DNA of 64,000 nt from an uncultured Muribaculaceae bacterium (lineage in GTDB: Bacteria > Bacteroidota > Bacteroidia > Bacteroidales > Muribaculaceae). Under the pieces are notes generated by a model, which was not told where the DNA came from, searched no databases, and was given only the letters and a program-made list of their open reading frames with translations. The first letter of the stretch is position 1, and every line of letters begins with the position of its first letter. The stretch is taken from assembly GCA_910587915.1 (NCBI GenBank), contig CAJUOB010000008.1, forward strand, positions 12,099-76,098. Reading direction: 5' to 3'. This document shows, in pieces, positions 19,064 to 30,185 of this stretch. Made by a program: the position numbers and the translations under genes.

Positions 19064-20905
19064 TTACATTAAAGCCGTGGTCTTCTCCACGATTTCGGTG
19101 ACACTGAATGGCTGGCCCTGGATTTTATTGATGCGGAGTATCTGCTTGCCGGGGAAACGTGCCTGGAGATAGTCGGCAAACATGCCGGTGTTGAGTTCGG
19201 CCACAATCACCTTCTTGTAGCGGCCAAGCACTTCGCCGGTATTGGCCGGAAGTGGATTGATATAGCGGAAATGCGCGAACGCAACCGGTGTACCATTCTT
19301 GCAAAGCTCTTCGGCGGCAGTGCGCAGGTGACCGTAGGTACCGCCCCAACCGATAAGCAGTGTATCTGCCTCGGGATTCCCGAGCACCTCGAGCGCAGGA
19401 ATATCGTCGGCTATGCGGGCTATTTTCTCGCGGCGGAGCATCACCATCTTCTCGTGGTTGGCAGGATCGGTGGAGATCGCGCCGGTGGTGGCATCCTTTT
19501 CAAGACCGCCCAAACGGTGGGTGGCGCCTTCAGTACCGCCTACAGGCCAGTAGCGGCCCAGATTCTCGCGGCGGGCATAGGGGCGCCAGGTGCCGTCGGC
19601 GAGCATGTCGGCGGGCACATCGGGAGTCTTTATCTCAGGATATTCATCGGCCTCGGGCACACGCCATGCCGACGAGCCGTTGCCTATGAAGGCATCGCTG
19701 AGAAGAATCACAGGAGTGCTGTGCTCCACTGCTATACGGCAGGCTTCGAATGCCATGGTAAAGCAGTCGGTAGGCGATGCAGGTGCGACAACAGCCAGAG
19801 GCGACTCGCCGTTACGGCCATATAGAGCCTGCATGAGGTCGGTCTGCTCTGTTTTGGTAGGAAGACCGGTCGAGGGGCCTCCACGCTGTACGTCGATAAC
19901 CACCAGAGGAAGCTCGGCGATCACAGCCAGACCGATACCTTCGCTCTTCAGCGCAAGACCGGGGCCGGAAGTCGATGTCACAGCAAGATTACCTGCGAAC
20001 GATGCGCCGATGGCGGAGCATACGCCTGCAATCTCGTCTTCCATCTGGCAAGCCTTCACACCGAGGTCCTTGCGCTTGGCAAGTTCGTGGAGGATGTCAG
20101 TGGCGGGAGTAATAGGATATGAACCGAGGAAAAGCGGACGTCCGCACTTCTCCGATGCCATGATAAGGCCCCATGCCGTGGCGGTGTTACCGTTGATATC
20201 GGTGTATACACCGGGGCGGGGATCTTCGGTTTCCACCTTATAGGTGCTTACCGATGCATGTATATTATGACCGTAGTCGTAGCCGGCCTGGAGAACCTTG
20301 GCATTTGCCTCGTACACAGCAGGCTTCTTGGCGAATTTTTTCTTAAGATGCTTTAGAGCGCCCTCGAGAGGACGGTCGAATAGCCAGCACACAAGGCCGA
20401 GCACAAAGATATTGCGGCACTTGAGCACGCTCTTGTTGTCGAGACCGCTTTCGGCGAGAGCTGCCTTGGTCATGGTGGTAACAGGCACTTCCACAATCTG
20501 CGCCTTGATGCCGAGTTCCTCGAAGGGATTGTCGGTGGTATACTGGGCTTTCTTGAGGTCGCTCTCACGGAACGAATCGATGTCGACCACAATCACTCCG
20601 CCCGGTTTGAGGAAGCGGTGGTTGGTTTTGAGAGCGGCAGCATTCATGGCCACAAGCACATCGCACGCATCACCGGGGGTATGCACACCCGTTCCGACGC
20701 TTACCTGAAAGCCCGACACACCGCTGAGCGAGCCCTGTGGCGCGCGGATTTCTGCGGGATAGTCGGGGAATGTCGACACCTGGTTGCCCAGACCTGCCGA
20801 TACATTGGTGAAGATATTGCCCGCGAGCTGCATTCCGTCGCCGGAGTCGCCCGAGAAGCGCACTACAACCTTGTCGAGAACTTTTACATTAGTTTTCTCC
20901 AACAT
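19064..20905 (-). CDS. korA: 2-oxoacid:acceptor oxidoreductase alpha subunit (fused gamma domain)
   Basis: SGDSGDGMQ, YPITPAT, QMEDEI, TSGPG and QRGGPSTGLPT motifs. Confidence 0.93.
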   Translation of the reverse strand: MLEKTNVKVLDKVVVRFSGDSGDGMQLAGNIFTNVSAGLGNQVSTFPDYPAEIRAPQGSLSGVSGFQVSVGTGVHTPGDACDVLVAMNAAALKTNHRFLKPGGVIVVDIDSFRESDLKKAQYTTDNPFEELGIKAQIVEVPVTTMTKAALAESGLDNKSVLKCRNIFVLGLVCWLFDRPLEGALKHLKKKFAKKPAVYEANAKVLQAGYDYGHNIHASVSTYKVETEDPRPGVYTDINGNTATAWGLIMASEKCGRPLFLGSYPITPATDILHELAKRKDLGVKACQMEDEIAGVCSAIGASFAGNLAVTSTSGPGLALKSEGIGLAVIAELPLVVIDVQRGGPSTGLPTKTEQTDLMQALYGRNGESPLAVVAPASPTDCFTMAFEACRIAVEHSTPVILLSDAFIGNGSSAWRVPEADEYPEIKTPDVPADMLADGTWRPYARRENLGRYWPVGGTEGATHRLGGLEKDATTGAISTDPANHEKMVMLRREKIARIADDIPALEVLGNPEADTLLIGWGGTYGHLRTAAEELCKNGTPVAFAHFRYINPLPANTGEVLGRYKKVIVAELNTGMFADYLQARFPGKQILRINKIQGQPFSVTEIVEKTTALM

Positions 20906-21002
20906 GACTTAGTTATATATGATAATTGGTGTTTTTTTGTCTAACACATTAGATTTAAGATCACTGCGGCGCAGCCATGGTTTAAAAACCATAACCGCGC
21001 CA

Positions 21003-21010
21003 CAAAGGTA
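21003..21010 (-). promoter_or_regulatory. Sigma-A -7 element for korAB
   Basis: TACCTTTG on minus strand. Confidence 0.6.
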
Positions 21011-21062
21011 ACAATATTTTGTCATGTGACAACCCTCATGCTTTAGAAAGTTGTCGTATGCA

Positions 21063-21587
21063 CTAATATCCGGCCAACTGTGTAAATTTAAATTGCGAAG
21101 GCACAATCATATAGTTTTTATCAGGAACCGGAATCATCTCCAGTACGAATTCCCTCACATGCACGGTCGGATTTGCCGGAATACTGATGTTGATATAACG
21201 ATACGGCTTCTCCAGCCCTTCCGGAAATTCCATGTAAGTTTTTTTATAGGCTTCGTCTTTAGCCTCGAAATAGATTGTTGCCATACCGCCCAGATCTATA
21301 GAGCGGCCAAACTCTGCAGTGCCGGACGCAATTTTCTCACCTTTTACATAGAAAACCCAGGCCCAATTGAGGTAGCCGACACCGTCCTGATATTCAAAAT
21401 CAGCTCCATCAGGACCAACAATAAAATCTGCATCAGGCTGCGCATCAAGGCCATTACCATCTACACTGCACCAATACGAATTTCCCAATATGGGATGCAC
21501 AATATACTTCGCATCATCCTTGCAGCCGGCAAAAACAACCAGCATCAGAAGAACAGCTATCCATTTGATTCTCTTCATATTTTCCAT
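21063..21587 (-). CDS. Small hypothetical lipoprotein downstream of C10-like protein (AT-rich islet 1)
   Basis: MKRIKWIAVLLMLVVFAGC lipobox; beta-rich composition; starts 3 nt after the upstream stop. Confidence 0.75.
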   Translation of the reverse strand: MENMKRIKWIAVLLMLVVFAGCKDDAKYIVHPILGNSYWCSVDGNGLDAQPDADFIVGPDGADFEYQDGVGYLNWAWVFYVKGEKIASGTAEFGRSIDLGGMATIYFEAKDEAYKKTYMEFPEGLEKPYRYINISIPANPTVHVREFVLEMIPVPDKNYMIVPSQFKFTQLAGY

Positions 21588-21590
21588 AGG

Positions 21591-23033
21591 CTACGGTTTT
21601 TCAATTGTAATTGTATTTAATATCTCGAATGACTTTGCATAAGCCGTAGTGGCGGGCATTTTCACTTTTAAGTCATAATATCCATCCTTAAAGCTAAAGT
21701 GCAGCCAATCAACCTTTGTTAGACTATTAGAATAGAATTCCCGCCAAAACCAACATTCATCAAATTTTCTTGGCCCCGTAAATGTATAAATAGATGTTCT
21801 TATTTCAAAGAAAATGCTCATAAAGCCACTTACAATTGAATAATGATGGACATAACTAGGTGTGCTATTTGCCGGAAAGTTAAGTTTTCCGTATATTATG
21901 TACGGAATACTACCACCGACCAGACCTTTTTTCAATTTAGCGTCATAGCCATAATTAGTGATAGTGCTCGTTAATCTCTCTGGTTTAATTAAAGTCCATC
22001 CTGGAGAATAAGAAGCTGCAGACTCTTCACCTAATTCATATAAAAAGTCAGAGATACTCTGATTTTCCATATATTTAGCTGTTTCAGCAACATCCATTTT
22101 CGACCAATCTACATACTCCGGATAGCGGTAATAATACATTATTTGTCCTGCGGCCAAGGCTCCACTTCCAGGTAGTGGCTTATAAGAATTAAGATTTTCA
22201 TCCCACCTATATGGGAATGTAGAATTACACCAATAATCCCATTTAGTCAATATCGATTCCTCCCGTACAAATTCTCCAGGAAGAGAACGTCGCAAACCTA
22301 GTGCAAGTTGTTCCCATTCATTCTCATAGAGTATATATGTAAACTGCTCAGTTCCACGCCAACGTTCCAAATCTGCATTATAATCATCCGTCAACGGATC
22401 ATATACATTAAGAATTTCATAATCCTGATGAGAACTCCATTCAATTATAGAATCCTGACGAATTTGTTGAAGCTCCATCATATCATAATCATCTATTGAC
22501 CGCGACATAGTAGCCAAGCAGCTGTTAGTATACCCAAGCAATCCATTCCAAACATTCATACATGTTGATATAGTATCGTTTTGCAGATAGACTTGTTCCG
22601 AGAGTTTATCCATCATGGCCTCAAGCCAAAAATCCGCAGGGTCGACTGGACTGTCGTTATACTTAAATGACTGACTCTCTCCATATGCCAATAATGGACC
22701 ATATTTCTTAGTTCCACTTATTATCATGAAACCACTTTCATTCGGAAAATTGACGATGTAGGCTAAAGCCTTGCCATCCCTATTCAAAGGGATTATTTCA
22801 GCCGACTCGACACTTCGTGAGTGACGAAGATTTTTCGCGAAAGAAGAACTTTCGGCAAGTTTAGAAATCAAAGCTACTACTTCATTGCTGTTCACGTAGA
22901 CACTGTCTACCACTTGCTCAGAGGGGAATTCGGGAATTGAAACTACCGGCTGCTCGAATTGCACCATTTCATCGGTACAAGAACAAGCCAAGCCTAGCAG
23001 GATTGTGAAATAAAATAAATAGTAGTTCTTCAT
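21591..23033 (-). CDS. C10 (streptopain-like) peptidase homologue lipoprotein with Spi/I69-like prodomain; nucleophile position is Ser
   Basis: Lipobox LACSC; prodomain AYIVNF...GFMIISGTK...PLLAY; PGSGALAAGQIMYYYRYP where C10 enzymes have GCxxxAxxQxMxYxxxP. Confidence 0.8.
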   Translation of the reverse strand: MKNYYLFYFTILLGLACSCTDEMVQFEQPVVSIPEFPSEQVVDSVYVNSNEVVALISKLAESSSFAKNLRHSRSVESAEIIPLNRDGKALAYIVNFPNESGFMIISGTKKYGPLLAYGESQSFKYNDSPVDPADFWLEAMMDKLSEQVYLQNDTISTCMNVWNGLLGYTNSCLATMSRSIDDYDMMELQQIRQDSIIEWSSHQDYEILNVYDPLTDDYNADLERWRGTEQFTYILYENEWEQLALGLRRSLPGEFVREESILTKWDYWCNSTFPYRWDENLNSYKPLPGSGALAAGQIMYYYRYPEYVDWSKMDVAETAKYMENQSISDFLYELGEESAASYSPGWTLIKPERLTSTITNYGYDAKLKKGLVGGSIPYIIYGKLNFPANSTPSYVHHYSIVSGFMSIFFEIRTSIYTFTGPRKFDECWFWREFYSNSLTKVDWLHFSFKDGYYDLKVKMPATTAYAKSFEILNTITIEKP

Positions 23034-23081
23034 AGATATTAGGATTAAGGGGTGATACGTCATCTGGATTTAGACTCGCTT

Positions 23082-23089
23082 CAAAGATA
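23082..23089 (-). promoter_or_regulatory. Sigma-A -7 element for islet 1 operon
   Basis: TATCTTTG on minus strand about 50 nt upstream of ATG. Confidence 0.6.
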
Positions 23090-23294
23090 CTATTTTTCAT
23101 AGAAATAAGCAAGAACAAAATGTTTATTTATCTTTTTTAACATTTGACAGATATAACCACCTCTATCAATCTATTACACCCCATCGAAGCTTATGGCCTA
23201 AAAATAATTTTTCGAACGCCATCCACAACATACCGTAGCGCCGGAACAAGCTAAAAATAATAAGAGCACGAGCGAGTTTTTCGCGGTTTTTGTG

Positions 23295-23302
23295 TACTTT
23301 TG
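23295..23302 (+). promoter_or_regulatory. Sigma-A -7 element for the nadA-leuS operon
   Basis: TACTTTTG 20 nt upstream of ATG at 23323. Confidence 0.65.
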
Positions 23303-23322
23303 CAGGCGATAAACCATACGCT

Positions 23323-24285
23323 ATGAATCATTGTGTATCAGGGGCAGGCGCCGACGAGGCGTTGCGCCGTGAAATATTACAGTTGAAAAAGGACAAGAAT
23401 GCCGTTATCCTTGCCCATTATTACGTCGACGGTGCCATTCAGGACATCGCCGATTATATAGGCGACTCGCTCGCTCTCGCTCAGAAAGCGGCAGAGTACT
23501 GCGCCGATGCCGACATTATAGTGATGTGCGGCGTGCATTTCATGGGCGAGACCGTGAAGGTGCTGTGTCCCGACAAAAAAGTTCTCGTGCCCGATGCCGA
23601 AGCAGGCTGCTCGCTCGCCGACAGCTGCCCGGCAGCCGACTTCGAGGCTTTCATCGCCAGGCATCCGGGCCACACCGTGGTGTCGTATGTCAACACGTCG
23701 ATAGGTGTCAAAGCCCTCACCGACATCCTTGTCACCAGCGGCAATGCGCGTAAGATCATCGACTCACTCCCTGCCGATGAAAAAATAATATTCGGCCCCG
23801 ACCGCAATCTCGGGGGATATATCAATGCCGAAACCGGCCGCGACATGGTGCTGTGGGATGGCGCATGCCATGTACACGAGCGTTTTTCGCCCGAAGCCAT
23901 AGCAGCCCTCAAGGAAGCGCACCCCGACGCACCCGTACTCGTTCATCCCGAATGTAGCCGCCCGGTACGTCTTATGGCCGACAAGCTCGGCTCTACCGCT
24001 GCACTGCTCGACTATGCCATAGCCAGCGACGCCACAGAATTCATAGTGGCAACCGAAAGCGGCATCCTGCACCAGATGCGCAAGAAAGCCCCGGGCAAAA
24101 CCTTCATTGCCGTTCCCCCGGTCGACAGCACATGCGGATGCAACGAGTGCGCATATATGAAACTCAACACCCTCGGCAAGCTGCGCGACTGTCTGGCGGC
24201 CGAAGCACCCGAAATAAAAATCGACGAGAATCTGCGTCAGAAAGCTCTCCGCCCTATCCGGCGCATGCTCGAACTCTCAAAATAA
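23323..24285 (+). CDS. nadA: Quinolinate synthase
   Basis: [33 protein letters not shown] and CAYMK motifs. Confidence 0.96.
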   Translation: MNHCVSGAGADEALRREILQLKKDKNAVILAHYYVDGAIQDIADYIGDSLALAQKAAEYCADADIIVMCGVHFMGETVKVLCPDKKVLVPDAEAGCSLADSCPAADFEAFIARHPGHTVVSYVNTSIGVKALTDILVTSGNARKIIDSLPADEKIIFGPDRNLGGYINAETGRDMVLWDGACHVHERFSPEAIAALKEAHPDAPVLVHPECSRPVRLMADKLGSTAALLDYAIASDATEFIVATESGILHQMRKKAPGKTFIAVPPVDSTCGCNECAYMKLNTLGKLRDCLAAEAPEIKIDENLRQKALRPIRRMLELSK

Positions 24286-24328
24286 TTCACCTCACAACTC
24301 GGCCTCAAAGCCACACAGCCACATAACA

Positions 24329-27100
24329 ATGGAATACAATCATAAAGAAATAGAGAGCCAAGTGGCTCAGTACTGGAAAGACCGCAACATATATCACGTG
24401 GAGATAGACCATGCCAAGCCCAAATACTATGTGCTCGACATGTTCCCCTACCCTTCGGGCGCCGGACTCCACGTAGGCCATCCCCTGGGCTACATCGCCA
24501 GCGATATTGTGGCCCGCTACAAACGTCTGCAAGGATTCAATGTGCTCCACCCCATGGGATACGACGCCTATGGACTTCCTGCCGAGCAATATGCCATCCA
24601 GACCGGTCAGCACCCCGAGGTGACAACCCGCATAAACACAGCCCGCTACCGCAGCCAGCTCGATAAGATCGGCTTCAGCTTCGACTGGGACCGCGAAATA
24701 CGCACATGCGACCCTGAGTTCTACCGCTGGACCCAGTGGGCATTCCTGAAAATGTTCGGCTCCTACTACGACAAAAACGCCGACCGTGCCATGCCCGTGG
24801 AAAAACTCGTGGAGCATTTCGAAAAGAACGGCACCGACGGGGTCAACGCCGCATGCACCAAGGAGCTTCATTTCTCCGCTGCAGAATGGGCCGCCATGAC
24901 CGACCGGCAGAAGAGCGACACCCTGATGAACTACCGCCTCGCATACCTCGCCAACACCATGGTGAACTGGTGCCCCAAACTCGGCACCGTGCTCGCCAAC
25001 GACGAAGTGAGCGAAGGCCTTTCGGTACGCGGCGGCTATCCCGTAGAACAAAAAGAAATGTGGCAGTGGTGTCTTCGCGTATCGGCCTATGCCGAGCGTC
25101 TGCTCGAAGGACTCAACCGCATCGACTGGTCGGAATCCATAAAGGAAACACAACGCAACTGGATCGGCCGCTCCGAAGGCGCCGAGATGCACTTCAGCAT
25201 CGACGGCCGCGATGACATCGACCTCGAGATATTCACCACCCGTGCCGACACCGTATTCGGAGTCACATTCATGGTCCTGGCGCCGGAAAGCAAATATGTG
25301 AAGGAGCTCACCACTCCGGAGCAGAAATCTGCTGTCGACGCATACCTCGATACCATCAAGCATCGCACCGAGCGCGAGCGCATGATCGATAAGAAAGTCA
25401 CAGGCGTATTCAGCGGAAGCTACGCCATCAATCCCCTCTCAGGCAAGAAAATACCCGTATACATCAGCGACTATGTGCTCGCCGGATACGGCACAGGCGC
25501 AATCATGGCCGTTCCGGCACACGACAGCCGCGACTATGCCTTCGCCCGCCACTTCGACCTGCCTGTCATACCCCTCATCGAAGGTGCCGATGTAAGCGAA
25601 GAGAGCTTCGACGCTAAAGAAGGCACTATGATCAACAGCGACGGCCCCGAACTGAAACTCAACGGCCTTAGCGTGAAAGACGCTATCGCCGCTACAAAAC
25701 GCTTCATCGAAGAAAAAGGAATCGGACGCGTGAAGACAAACTACCGTCTCCGCGACGCCATATTCAGCCGCCAGCGCTACTGGGGTGAGCCTATACCTAT
25801 CTGCTACGTAGACGGCATCCCCACGCCCTACAACAATCTCCCCCTCGAACTCCCCGAGGTCGACAAATACCTGCCCACCGAAACCGGAGAGCCTCCGCTG
25901 GGCCGCGCCAAGAACTGGCACACCCCCGAAGGCTACCCATTGGAGCTCAACACCATGCCTGGTTTCGCAGGTTCTTCAGCCTACTATCTGCGCTACATGG
26001 ACCCGCGCAATGAAAATGCACTTGTGAGCCGCGAGGCCGACGAATACTGGCGCGCTGTCGACCTCTACATCGGCGGTAGCGAACATGCCACAGGTCACCT
26101 CATCTACAGCCGATTCTGGAATAAGTTCCTCTACGACTACAACGAAGTAGTCGACGATGAGCCCTTCCACAAACTCATCAACCAGGGCATGATCCAAGGC
26201 CGCACCAGCTTCGTATACCGCATCAACGGCACCAACAAATATGTCAGCGCCGGTCTTCGCGATCAGTACGAGACCCAGCCCATCCGTGTGGACATCAACA
26301 TGGTGAGCAACGACGTGCTCGACACCGAGGCATTCCGTGCATGGCGTCCCGAATTCGCCGATGCCGAATTCGTGCTCGAGGACGGCCGATACATCTGCGG
26401 ACATGCGGTGGAAAAAATGTCGAAATCGATGCACAATGTCGTCAACCCCGACGACATGGTCGAACGCTATGGTGCCGACACTCTCCGTCTCTACGAAATG
26501 TTCCTCGGCCCGCTCGAGGCAAGCAAGCCTTGGGACACCAACGGCATCGACGGCGTATTCCGCTTCATCAAAAAATTCTGGGGCCTCTACTGGCGTGGCA
26601 ACGATTGCCTTGTCGACACATCCGCACCCACACGCGAAAACCTCAAGAGCCTCCACAAACTCATCAAGAAAGTAACATCCGATATCGACGGTTTCTCGTT
26701 CAACACTTCTGTGGCCGCGTTCATGATATGCATCAACGAGCTCGCCCAGCAGAAATGCCGCTCCCGCGAAATCCTCGAACCGCTCGCAGTCGTACTCGCT
26801 CCCTTTGCACCTTTCGTGGCCGAGGCACTGTGGCAGGGCGCTCTCGGACACGACAGCAGCGTATGCGACGCACGCTGGCCCGAGTACAACGAGGAATGGC
26901 TCAAGGAGAACGAGGTGACCATGGCCGTATCGTTCAACGGCAAGGCACGCTTCAACATCACCGTACCTGTCGACATGCCTCGCGAAGAAGTCGAAAAGAC
27001 TGCCCTCGAGGCCGAAGGCGCTGCCAAATGGCTCGAAGGAAAGACTGTCCGCAAGATCATCGTAGTCCCCGGCAAGATTGTCAACATCGTGGTAGCCTAA
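24329..27100 (+). CDS. leuS: Leucine--tRNA ligase
   Basis: [14 protein letters not shown] (HIGH), [12 protein letters not shown] editing motif, KMSKS. Confidence 0.98.
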   Translation: MEYNHKEIESQVAQYWKDRNIYHVEIDHAKPKYYVLDMFPYPSGAGLHVGHPLGYIASDIVARYKRLQGFNVLHPMGYDAYGLPAEQYAIQTGQHPEVTTRINTARYRSQLDKIGFSFDWDREIRTCDPEFYRWTQWAFLKMFGSYYDKNADRAMPVEKLVEHFEKNGTDGVNAACTKELHFSAAEWAAMTDRQKSDTLMNYRLAYLANTMVNWCPKLGTVLANDEVSEGLSVRGGYPVEQKEMWQWCLRVSAYAERLLEGLNRIDWSESIKETQRNWIGRSEGAEMHFSIDGRDDIDLEIFTTRADTVFGVTFMVLAPESKYVKELTTPEQKSAVDAYLDTIKHRTERERMIDKKVTGVFSGSYAINPLSGKKIPVYISDYVLAGYGTGAIMAVPAHDSRDYAFARHFDLPVIPLIEGADVSEESFDAKEGTMINSDGPELKLNGLSVKDAIAATKRFIEEKGIGRVKTNYRLRDAIFSRQRYWGEPIPICYVDGIPTPYNNLPLELPEVDKYLPTETGEPPLGRAKNWHTPEGYPLELNTMPGFAGSSAYYLRYMDPRNENALVSREADEYWRAVDLYIGGSEHATGHLIYSRFWNKFLYDYNEVVDDEPFHKLINQGMIQGRTSFVYRINGTNKYVSAGLRDQYETQPIRVDINMVSNDVLDTEAFRAWRPEFADAEFVLEDGRYICGHAVEKMSKSMHNVVNPDDMVERYGADTLRLYEMFLGPLEASKPWDTNGIDGVFRFIKKFWGLYWRGNDCLVDTSAPTRENLKSLHKLIKKVTSDIDGFSFNTSVAAFMICINELAQQKCRSREILEPLAVVLAPFAPFVAEALWQGALGHDSSVCDARWPEYNEEWLKENEVTMAVSFNGKARFNITVPVDMPREEVEKTALEAEGAAKWLEGKTVRKIIVVPGKIVNIVVA

Positions 27101-27134
27101 GGCAATAAGCTATGCCGACGTCCGTTATTTCTTT

Positions 27135-27719
27135 ATGCGACAAATAGTTTTTGCAAGCAACAACTCACACAAACTGCGCGAGCTCCGCGAAATCCTCGGC
27201 GAGGGTTTCGAGGTGCTCGGGCTTGCCGATATCGGTTGCCACGACGATATTCCCGAAACGGCCGAAACCTTCGAGGGTAATGCCCTGCTGAAGGCACGCT
27301 TCGTGAAAGAACACTATGGCTACGACTGCTTCGCCGACGACTCCGGCCTCGAAGTCGACGCTCTCGGTGGCGCTCCTGGCATATACAGCGCACGCTATGC
27401 CGGCGGCGAGGGGCACGACAGTGCCGCCAACAATGCCCGATTGCTGCGCGAGCTCGACGGCATAACCGACCGTCGTGCCCGGTTCCGCACCGCAATAGCC
27501 CTGCTTATCGGAGACGATGCTCCGCGCTACTTCAATGGCAGCGTCGAGGGCACCATCCTCACAGAAGAGCATGGCGCGGGCGGCTTCGGCTACGATCCTC
27601 TGTTCCAACCTCTGGGCTGGGACAAGACCTTCGCCGAGGCTACTCCCGAAGAGAAAAATGCAGTAAGTCATCGTGGCCGTGCCGTGAGAGAACTTGCAAG
27701 CTATCTGGAGTCGCTCTGA
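27135..27719 (+). CDS. rdgB: Non-canonical purine NTP pyrophosphatase (HAM1 family)
   Basis: ASNNSHK, ADDSGL, GFGYDP and SHRGRA motifs. Confidence 0.95.
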   Translation: MRQIVFASNNSHKLRELREILGEGFEVLGLADIGCHDDIPETAETFEGNALLKARFVKEHYGYDCFADDSGLEVDALGGAPGIYSARYAGGEGHDSAANNARLLRELDGITDRRARFRTAIALLIGDDAPRYFNGSVEGTILTEEHGAGGFGYDPLFQPLGWDKTFAEATPEEKNAVSHRGRAVRELASYLESL

Positions 27720-27751
27720 CGATAACCGACCATTACCGATTCTCTCTACCG

Positions 27752-30184
27752 ATGATTAAAAAAGCGATTTTTCTTTTTGCCATAGCCATATGCTCGGTCC
27801 TGTTTCCCGCTGTCATGCACGCCGCAACCGACATGTCGGGACGATGGAGCATGTTCCCATGCATAGGCTACGACATTACCAAAGTCATCGAATCGCCCGA
27901 CAAGGTCTACGCCGTATCTAACGGCAATCTCTTCTCCCGCGGACTCGATGATGACGAGATATACCTATACTCCACAAGCAACAAGCTGTCGGATACCGGT
28001 GTGACCGATATCTACTACAATCCTGCCGGAAAATATCTGCTCATCACCTACTCCAACGGCAACATCGACCTCCTCTACGACGACGGCCGCGTGGCCAACC
28101 TGCCCGAAATAAAGGACGCCGTGATTTCCGCAGGCCATGGCATAAATCACGCAGCCTTTGCCGACAACCGCATCTACCTTGCCACCGATTTCGGCATAGC
28201 CGTATACGATGAAGCCAAGCTCGAGGTCATCGATTCTGGAATATACAACCGCAAGGCGACACACCTGCTTCCAATGGGCGACAATCTGCTGTTGATTATC
28301 GACCAGACTGCCTATGTCTCGTCTAAAAAAGAAAAGCACCACTCCTTCGACAGTTTCCGGGAGCTTATCAACCTATGGTGCAAGGATGTCGCTCCCCTCA
28401 ACGAAACATCGGTGGCCTACAACCATAGCTCAGGCCTATATCGAGCCATATTTGACTTCGAAAAAGGCTCGGTCGACCGTATAGGCTATGGAATAAAGCC
28501 AACGCACGATAAGCTCCTCACCCAATCCGACGGCTCCGTAATTGCATACGACGCCAACCGGATCTACACCGCCGGCCCCGACGGTATTGAAAACTCTTGC
28601 GATATTCCCGAAGCGCTTTCGGGCACAACTCTATTTGTAAACGACGGCACTTCCTCGGTGTGGGGAGTCGATATCGACGGCATCGGCCACTATGACCTCT
28701 CGAAAAGCTCTCCGACGGTACTCATGCAGCCATTTCGCCCCGAAGCGCTCACCGTCGACCAAGCGGTGCACTTCTCATGGAGCAACGACGGCGACAGGCT
28801 GTACATCACGCGCCATACTCCGACACAATATCTCATAAACGGAAGTGTCGACGATTTCAGCGGAATCCAGACTGTCAACCGCTACGAACCGGCCACCGGA
28901 AAAATAACCGACCTCACCGTGCGAAATTTCGACCCGTCCGACATAGCTCCAAGCATGGCATCGCAACAGCGCAATACCGGTTGGGATGGACTTGTGGGAG
29001 GCCCGAGCCGCGTGATCGAGGATCCCGACGATCCCGATGTCTGGTATCAGGCTTTCAACGGGCAGCCTTTCTTCGTGTTCCGTGGCAATGAAGTCGAGGC
29101 ATCTTTCAACAGCACAAACTGCTACAACACCACCGGCTCCCCACGCGGATACAACGTATCTATCGACCCGGAAGGAAACCTATGGTTGGGCATCGGACAC
29201 AATATTGCAGCAAAAGCCACATTCCTCATCCTGCCGGCGGCCAAACGTCGTGGCGACCTGAAGGCCGTAACGAAGTCCGACTTCATCCATCTGTCGACCG
29301 GCGACTTTGTCGGCACACGCGACCTGTCGGCTCTGTTCTGCAAACGCTCCAACATAGTCTTCGTTTCGGTAGGCGAAGCGCGCAAAGGCTTCTATGTAAT
29401 CGACACAAAAGGCACGTACACCGACTTTTCCGACGACGATGTGGTGTACAATCCTTCATTCCGCGACTCCGAAGGCCACGAACTAAACGCCGAAGCACTC
29501 CCCTATGCAGTCGAGGACAATACCGGCCAGATATGGTGTCCTTCGGCCGTCGGACCTCTGGTGATACAGCGCCCGGCCGAGGCCCTCAGCCCCAACTTCG
29601 GTTTCAAGCGCCCGATCGTACCACGCAACGATGGTACTCCCTACGGCGATTATCTCCTCGACGGTGTGAAAGTGACCCGCATAGCAGTCGACCCATCCAA
29701 CCGCAAATGGCTTGCCACCGAAACCGATGGCGTATATCTGGTAAATGCCGACGGAACCGAAATAATAGCCCACTACAATAATTCCAACTCACCCCTGATG
29801 TCGAACAACGTATACGCCGTTACATGCGATCCTCACAGCAATCGCGTGTACTTCGGCACGGCCGACGGCATGTATATGTTCGACAGCGACTCCTCTCCGG
29901 CGGCCGAGGACTATTCCGACGTCTACGCATACCCCAACCCGGTACGCCCCGAATACACCGGATGGATCACCATCGCCGGACTTAAGGACAACTCCCTCGT
30001 AAAAATTGCAGACATCGCCGGAAATGTATTTTTCCAAGGCCGCTCCGAAGGCGGCATGATAAGCTGGGACGGCTGCAACAGTGCCGGAGAGCGTGTGCGT
30101 ACTGGAGTGTACTTCGTGTTCGCATCTGAAAATGCCGACGGCTCGTCTTCGGGAGCCGTGACTAAAATCATGGTTGTTAACTGA
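27752..30184 (+). CDS. porZ: T9SS component PorZ-like beta-propeller protein
   Basis: Signal peptide; YSNGNIDLL; IAVDPSNRKWLAT; CTD AYPNPVRPEYTGWITI...WDGCN...TGVYFV...KIMVVN. Confidence 0.85.
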   Translation: MIKKAIFLFAIAICSVLFPAVMHAATDMSGRWSMFPCIGYDITKVIESPDKVYAVSNGNLFSRGLDDDEIYLYSTSNKLSDTGVTDIYYNPAGKYLLITYSNGNIDLLYDDGRVANLPEIKDAVISAGHGINHAAFADNRIYLATDFGIAVYDEAKLEVIDSGIYNRKATHLLPMGDNLLLIIDQTAYVSSKKEKHHSFDSFRELINLWCKDVAPLNETSVAYNHSSGLYRAIFDFEKGSVDRIGYGIKPTHDKLLTQSDGSVIAYDANRIYTAGPDGIENSCDIPEALSGTTLFVNDGTSSVWGVDIDGIGHYDLSKSSPTVLMQPFRPEALTVDQAVHFSWSNDGDRLYITRHTPTQYLINGSVDDFSGIQTVNRYEPATGKITDLTVRNFDPSDIAPSMASQQRNTGWDGLVGGPSRVIEDPDDPDVWYQAFNGQPFFVFRGNEVEASFNSTNCYNTTGSPRGYNVSIDPEGNLWLGIGHNIAAKATFLILPAAKRRGDLKAVTKSDFIHLSTGDFVGTRDLSALFCKRSNIVFVSVGEARKGFYVIDTKGTYTDFSDDDVVYNPSFRDSEGHELNAEALPYAVEDNTGQIWCPSAVGPLVIQRPAEALSPNFGFKRPIVPRNDGTPYGDYLLDGVKVTRIAVDPSNRKWLATETDGVYLVNADGTEIIAHYNNSNSPLMSNNVYAVTCDPHSNRVYFGTADGMYMFDSDSSPAAEDYSDVYAYPNPVRPEYTGWITIAGLKDNSLVKIADIAGNVFFQGRSEGGMISWDGCNSAGERVRTGVYFVFASENADGSSSGAVTKIMVVN

Positions 30185-30185
30185 T

